Of a DNA stretch of 64,000 nucleotides, positions 60,063 to 64,000 are shown piece by piece (the stretch's first letter is position 1; each line of letters opens with the position of its first letter). Below the pieces are notes generated by a model. The model ran no database searches, was not told where the DNA came from, and saw nothing but the letters and a program-made list of their open reading frames with translations. The position numbers and the translations under genes were made by a program. Source of the stretch: a virus; IMG/VR virus record IMGVR_UViG_3300046167_000888; one strand, 5' to 3'.

Positions 60063-60854
60063 ATGGCAAAACACGTAGTAGTTTCGTTAAGTGGTGGAAT
60101 GGATAGTAGCACCCTATTGTTAAGAGCTATCAATGAATATGATACTGTAACAGGTATCTCTTTTGACTATGGTCAAAAACACAGAGTAGAGCTAGAAAGA
60201 GCTCAATCGTTAATTAATTATCTAGCAGATAATGGTCACAAAGTAAATTATAGACAAATTAAACTAGATGGATTAGTAGATTTACTAGATTCAGCTTTAG
60301 TTCAAGGTGGAGATGATGTACCAGAAGGACATTATGAGCAAGATAATATGAAAGAAACAGTTGTACCTAATAGAAATAAAATGTTTGCTTCTATTACTCA
60401 AGCTGTTGCTTTATCTATTGCAAATAAAACAGAAGAAACTTGTGATATCGCTTTAGGTATTCATGCAGGTGATCATGCTGTTTATCCTGATTGTAGACAA
60501 GAATTTAGAGATGCAGATGATGCTGCCTTTAGAATTGGTAATTGGGAAGCTGATAGAGTAGGTTATTTTACTCCTTATTTAGATACTGATAAATTTGGTA
60601 TTCTACAAAATGGAGAAATTTTATGTGCAAAACTAAAAATTGATTTTGATGAAGTCTATTCTAGAACTAATACTAGTTATAAGCCTTTTCCTAGTGGGAA
60701 CAGTGATTATAAATCTGCTTCGTCTGTTGAGCGAATTGAGGCATTTATTGCTTTGGGTAGGAAAGACCCTGTTCAATATGAAGACGAAACTGGTGAAGTT
60801 GATTACGAAGTAGCAAAAAAGCATGTTGAAAAAGTCCTTGCTGAATACGTATAG
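60063..60854 (+). CDS. queC: 7-cyano-7-deazaguanine synthase
   Basis: SLSGGMDS, FDYGQKH, VPNRN, YPDCR. Confidence 0.93.
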   Translation: MAKHVVVSLSGGMDSSTLLLRAINEYDTVTGISFDYGQKHRVELERAQSLINYLADNGHKVNYRQIKLDGLVDLLDSALVQGGDDVPEGHYEQDNMKETVVPNRNKMFASITQAVALSIANKTEETCDIALGIHAGDHAVYPDCRQEFRDADDAAFRIGNWEADRVGYFTPYLDTDKFGILQNGEILCAKLKIDFDEVYSRTNTSYKPFPSGNSDYKSASSVERIEAFIALGRKDPVQYEDETGEVDYEVAKKHVEKVLAEYV

Positions 60855-60881
60855 GAATATATAAATTAATAAACTATAGTA

Positions 60882-61028
60882 ATGACAACAAATCAACAAT
60901 CAAATAACGGTAACGAGCAGTTGAATACTGCTCGTAACACGTTTAATCACAAGGTAGCTAAACTAAGTATGCTAGGTAATAGCAAAAAGGTTTATTGGGA
61001 TGGTCGAAGACGAAACCGATCAATCTAA
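60882..61028 (+). CDS. 48-aa hypothetical basic protein
   Basis: MTTNQQSNNGNEQLN...WDGRRRNRSI*; fills the gap before the tRNAs. Confidence 0.5.
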   Translation: MTTNQQSNNGNEQLNTARNTFNHKVAKLSMLGNSKKVYWDGRRRNRSI

Positions 61029-61033
61029 AAGGA

Positions 61034-61108
61034 GGGGGATTAGCTCAGACTGGCTAGAGCGCTTGCCTTGCACGCAAGAGGTCATCGGTTCGACTCCGAT
61101 ATTCTCCA
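61034..61108 (+). tRNA. tRNA-Ala(TGC)
   Basis: Cloverleaf GGGGGAT/ATTCTCC with G3:U70; anticodon arm CTTGC-CTTGCAC-GCAAG; GGTTCGACTCC. Confidence 0.93.
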
Positions 61109-61111
61109 CAA

Positions 61112-61184
61112 TATCCCGTGGTGTAATTGGTAACACGTCTGGTTTTGGTCCAGAAGAGTATAGGTTCGAGACCTGTCGGGATAA
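61112..61184 (+). tRNA. tRNA-Gln(TTG)
   Basis: TATCCCG/CGGGATA acceptor stem; TCTGG-TTTTGGT-CCAGA anticodon arm; GGTTCGAGACC. Confidence 0.92.
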
Positions 61185-61198
61185 CAAAGAGTTATGAT

Positions 61199-61384
61199 AT
61201 GAAAAAGTTTTTAACATTCGCTTTAATTTGGTACAGCCAACAAATGGCTATTCCATTTTGGGTAGTAGGTCATGTTCACTTAAGCATTAGCACATACCAG
61301 GATATTCACGAAATAATTGCTAGCATAGGATTAAACGTCTTAGTAGCAATAGGATTTATAATTGATTATAAAAAAAATGGATGA
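61199..61384 (+). CDS. small membrane protein
   Basis: MKKFLTFALIW...; start placed after the tRNA. Confidence 0.6.
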   Translation: MKKFLTFALIWYSQQMAIPFWVVGHVHLSISTYQDIHEIIASIGLNVLVAIGFIIDYKKNG

Positions 61385-62039
61385 TATACTAATCTTTGAT
61401 GATTTTCTTTCTATAGAACAACAAGATAAAATTGAAAAAGAAATTATTGTCAATACTTTTTTTAAGTGGAGATCTTCTTATGGGGGTGTTTTTGAAAAAC
61501 CTAATTTATCTGACTTAGGAGATTCTAGACCTTTAGCTTTTGATGCTCCTAAAGATGGTAAAATAAAAATTAAAGATAATAAATTTTGGAATCAGAGTAG
61601 ACCTGGTTTGATGTGTGGAGAATGTTATGAAGTTTATAGTGGTTGGGTTTGGTGGAGTAAAAACCCAAATTTTCAAAAAACAATGTGTACACCTTTAAGT
61701 GCATTAAATTCTCCATATGATATTCAAAGAATTAAAACAAACTTTAATCTTCAAGAAGTAATTGAAAATAAAGGATCTTGTTATGTACCTCATGTTGATA
61801 TAGAAAAAGGTGGAGGATGGACAGGAATTTATTTTGTTAATGAAAGTGATGGTGATACAGTTATTTTTAATGAAAAGGGAAATGAACCTATTAGAAATAA
61901 TGAAGAGATAAGTGTTAAAAAAGTTATAAAAAATAAAAGGGGGCGTTTAGTTTTATTTAAACAAAATTTACTACATGCTGGATGTCCTCCTATTAATTCA
62001 AAAAAACGAATAGTAGTAAATTATAATATTACACCATGA
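61377..62039 (+). CDS. 2OG-Fe(II) oxygenase superfamily protein
   Basis: PHVD, YFVNESDGDT, HAG, RIVVN. Confidence 0.8.
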   Translation: MDDILIFDDFLSIEQQDKIEKEIIVNTFFKWRSSYGGVFEKPNLSDLGDSRPLAFDAPKDGKIKIKDNKFWNQSRPGLMCGECYEVYSGWVWWSKNPNFQKTMCTPLSALNSPYDIQRIKTNFNLQEVIENKGSCYVPHVDIEKGGGWTGIYFVNESDGDTVIFNEKGNEPIRNNEEISVKKVIKNKRGRLVLFKQNLLHAGCPPINSKKRIVVNYNITP

Positions 62040-62203
62040 AAGAAAAACAAGAACTCCCAGATGCTTATATGCATCAAAAAATAAGTTTTATTAAATCCGC
62101 GATACGTATAGCAGGTTACGCTTTTCTTCCATTTAGCTTGGAGATTGCAACTATTGTTCTTATATTATCGGAGATAATTGGAATAGTAGAAGAATTAGTA
62201 TAA
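62036..62203 (+). CDS. 55-aa membrane protein
   Basis: MKEKQ...SFIKSAIRIAG...SEIIGIVEELV*; ATGA overlap with the upstream gene. Confidence 0.6.
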   Translation: MKEKQELPDAYMHQKISFIKSAIRIAGYAFLPFSLEIATIVLILSEIIGIVEELV

Positions 62204-62222
62204 ATAAAAAAAACAATAAATT

Positions 62223-62462
62223 ATGAAATTATATTATTTTAGTGCACCTTGGTGCGGACCTTGTAAGGTATTAGGACCACAAATGGAAAAAAGTGGATTG
62301 CCTTATACAAAAGTAAATGTTGATAGTGATACTGAATTATCAACTAAGTATGGAATTAGAAACGTTCCGACTTTATTAAAAGCAGATTCTCAAGGAAATG
62401 AGATATCTAGAATTGTAGGTGTAAAACCTATACAAGACATTAAAAATTGGTACAATGGGTAA
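62223..62462 (+). CDS. thioredoxin
   Basis: WCGPC; YGIRNVPT. Confidence 0.9.
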   Translation: MKLYYFSAPWCGPCKVLGPQMEKSGLPYTKVNVDSDTELSTKYGIRNVPTLLKADSQGNEISRIVGVKPIQDIKNWYNG

Positions 62463-62919
62463 ATTTCAATCAAGTAAAGTTTTTGACGGGTTTAGTACAG
62501 TGTTTCGTCAATGGAAAGCAACTACAACACACTGTAGATTTGTTCATGGTTATGGTATTTCATTTAAAGTTTACTTTGAAGGTGATCTAGATGAAAGAAA
62601 TTGGGTTTGGGATTTTGGTGGAATGAAAAGAGCTAAAACTCAAATTGATGGCATGTCTCCTAAAGCATGGATGGATTATATGTTTGATCATACTTTAATA
62701 GTAGCAGAAGATGATCCAGAATTAAGAGCATTTCAACAAATGGATACTGCAGGTGTAGCTCAAGTAAGAGTAATTCCAGCTACTGGCGCAGAGAAATTTG
62801 CTGAATATATTTATCATAAATTAAATGATTTTGTTAAGACTGAAACTGATGGTAGAGTAAAAGTTACTAAAGTTAAGTTTGCAGAACATGGAAAAAACGC
62901 TGCTTATTACAGCGAGTAA
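62455..62919 (+). CDS. queD: 6-carboxytetrahydropterin synthase
   Basis: HCRFVHGY, DFG, FDH, E-H C-terminal motif. Confidence 0.85.
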   Translation: MGKFQSSKVFDGFSTVFRQWKATTTHCRFVHGYGISFKVYFEGDLDERNWVWDFGGMKRAKTQIDGMSPKAWMDYMFDHTLIVAEDDPELRAFQQMDTAGVAQVRVIPATGAEKFAEYIYHKLNDFVKTETDGRVKVTKVKFAEHGKNAAYYSE

Positions 62920-62928
62920 GTTATAATA

Positions 62929-63747
62929 GTGAATGAAAAACCACTTAAAAAAATTAACAATATGCACAAACAATTGAAACGTATTGAGGATTACGATAAA
63001 AACCTCCCGATTGTAGAAGTTTATACTGCAGTCCAATCTGAAGGCTCTAGAGCAGGATACCCCACAGTAGTAATTAGAACAACAGGATGCACTCACAGAT
63101 GTTATTTCGGTGAAGGTGGTTGGTGTGATAGTTGGTACACAAGTATTCATCCAGAAAAAGGCCAATATTCGTTTAATGATATTATTAAAGCATATGAGGA
63201 TAATCCCCATATAAAAGAAATGATGCTTACAGGAGGATCTCCTACTATGCATCCGGCTTTAGTAAATGAACTAACACACTTTGCACATGAAAATGATATA
63301 TTCATTACTATCGAAACTGAGGGTAGTCACTTTTTACCCACTGATTATCCGATCAATTTATTATCTATATCTCCTAAATTCTCGAATTCGATCCCTGTGG
63401 TCGGAGTCAAAACTCCTCAAGGTGGAATCACGGACGAAAGAATGGTAAAACGTCATAATAAGCTTAGACTTAATTATGAATCCATAAAACAATCAATTGC
63501 TTACCACTCAGATTATCATATTAAACCAGTATGGGATGGTAAAGATGAAGGAGCTTTAGCAGAAATTATGGAATGTATTTCTATATTAGATGTTAAACCT
63601 GAAAAAGTTTGGTTTATGCCTGCTGGAGATTCCAGAGAAGCATTATTTAAATCTTATCCTGTATTATTTGATTGGGTTAGAGATAATGGTTATAGAATGA
63701 CATGGAGACCCCATATCATTGCATTTGAAGATAAAAGAGAAGTATAA
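62929..63747 (+). CDS. queE: 7-carboxy-7-deazaguanine synthase (radical SAM)
   Basis: QSEG..AG, GCTHRC...WCDS, TGGSP, IETEG, SISPK. Confidence 0.88.
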   Translation: MNEKPLKKINNMHKQLKRIEDYDKNLPIVEVYTAVQSEGSRAGYPTVVIRTTGCTHRCYFGEGGWCDSWYTSIHPEKGQYSFNDIIKAYEDNPHIKEMMLTGGSPTMHPALVNELTHFAHENDIFITIETEGSHFLPTDYPINLLSISPKFSNSIPVVGVKTPQGGITDERMVKRHNKLRLNYESIKQSIAYHSDYHIKPVWDGKDEGALAEIMECISILDVKPEKVWFMPAGDSREALFKSYPVLFDWVRDNGYRMTWRPHIIAFEDKREV

Positions 63748-63750
63748 AAT

Positions 63751-64000
63751 ATGAAATTAAAAGACACAATAGGAGTTTATAATAATGCCTTTAGTAAAGA
63801 AGAATGTGCATTATTAATCCAACAATTTGAAAACGCGATAGTAGAAGGTACTACATATACAGGAAAAAGTGGTGATGGAGAATCTGAGTATAAAAAAAGT
63901 AATGATTTTAATTTATTAGAATCTAACCATCAAAGCAATAAAGACCTTTCTAATCTAGTAATGGATAGATTTAATGATTATTTAAGTAACCATTATTTGG
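63751..64000 (+). CDS. probable 2OG-Fe(II) oxygenase, truncated by the window edge
   Basis: IGVYNNAFSKEEC..LI..FE N-terminus typical of phage 2OG oxygenases. Confidence 0.5.
   Translation, partial: MKLKDTIGVYNNAFSKEECALLIQQFENAIVEGTTYTGKSGDGESEYKKSNDFNLLESNHQSNKDLSNLVMDRFNDYLSNHYL

Noticed and set aside
61000-61217. ORFs 61000..61197, 61020..61217 and the 61127 start
   Set aside because: They overlap two well-formed tRNA genes
58879-63747. que genes as a tRNA queuosine pathway for the adjacent tRNAs
   Set aside because: Ala(TGC) and Gln(TTG) are not GUN-anticodon Q substrates, and queF/queA are absent from the window
1-64000. Stop-codon reassignment
   Set aside because: Core genes are full length in the standard code, TAG and TGA end genes normally, and no suppressor tRNA is seen

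Overview
A 64-kb, AT-rich (about 30% GC by eye) segment of a large T4-like myophage. Essentially all genes lie on the + strand and read in the standard genetic code. The host is very likely Bacteroidota (Flavobacteria-like), based on a T9SS C-terminal sorting domain, signal peptides cleaving before Gln, A-rich leaders without Shine-Dalgarno motifs, and Bacteroidota-like promoters. Gene order: lipoproteins and putative internal head proteins sharing an N-terminal leader (0-8.4 kb); FAD oxidoreductase and kinase; terminase, portal, protease, scaffold, major capsid; neck, sheath, tube, tape measure, baseplate (to 38.7 kb); replication (compact family-A polymerase, SSB, RecA/UvsX, 5'-3' exonuclease, helicase, nrdB, nrdA); a cluster of secreted and outer-membrane proteins (47.6-55.8 kb); putative lysis genes; and a 7-deazaguanine cluster (TGT/DpdA-like, queC, queD, queE) with two tRNAs. 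The best candidate for an undescribed system is the 47.6-53.2 kb cluster: a PA14 lectin-dockerin protein, a cohesin-dockerin protein and a cohesin-T9SS-CTD protein, plus a CsgG-like protein and a beta-barrel protein. Together these could build a cohesin-dockerin fibre or scaffold on the infected cell surface. Other highlights are a T4 capsid-targeting-like leader (MDNFDLRKYLAEG) on five proteins, a 21-aa metallothionein-like peptide, a candidate programmed frameshift before the tape measure gene, and two promoter classes. Several ORFs are broken by single-base homopolymer insertions, probably sequencing errors. All family assignments come from motif recognition by eye; no database searches were run.
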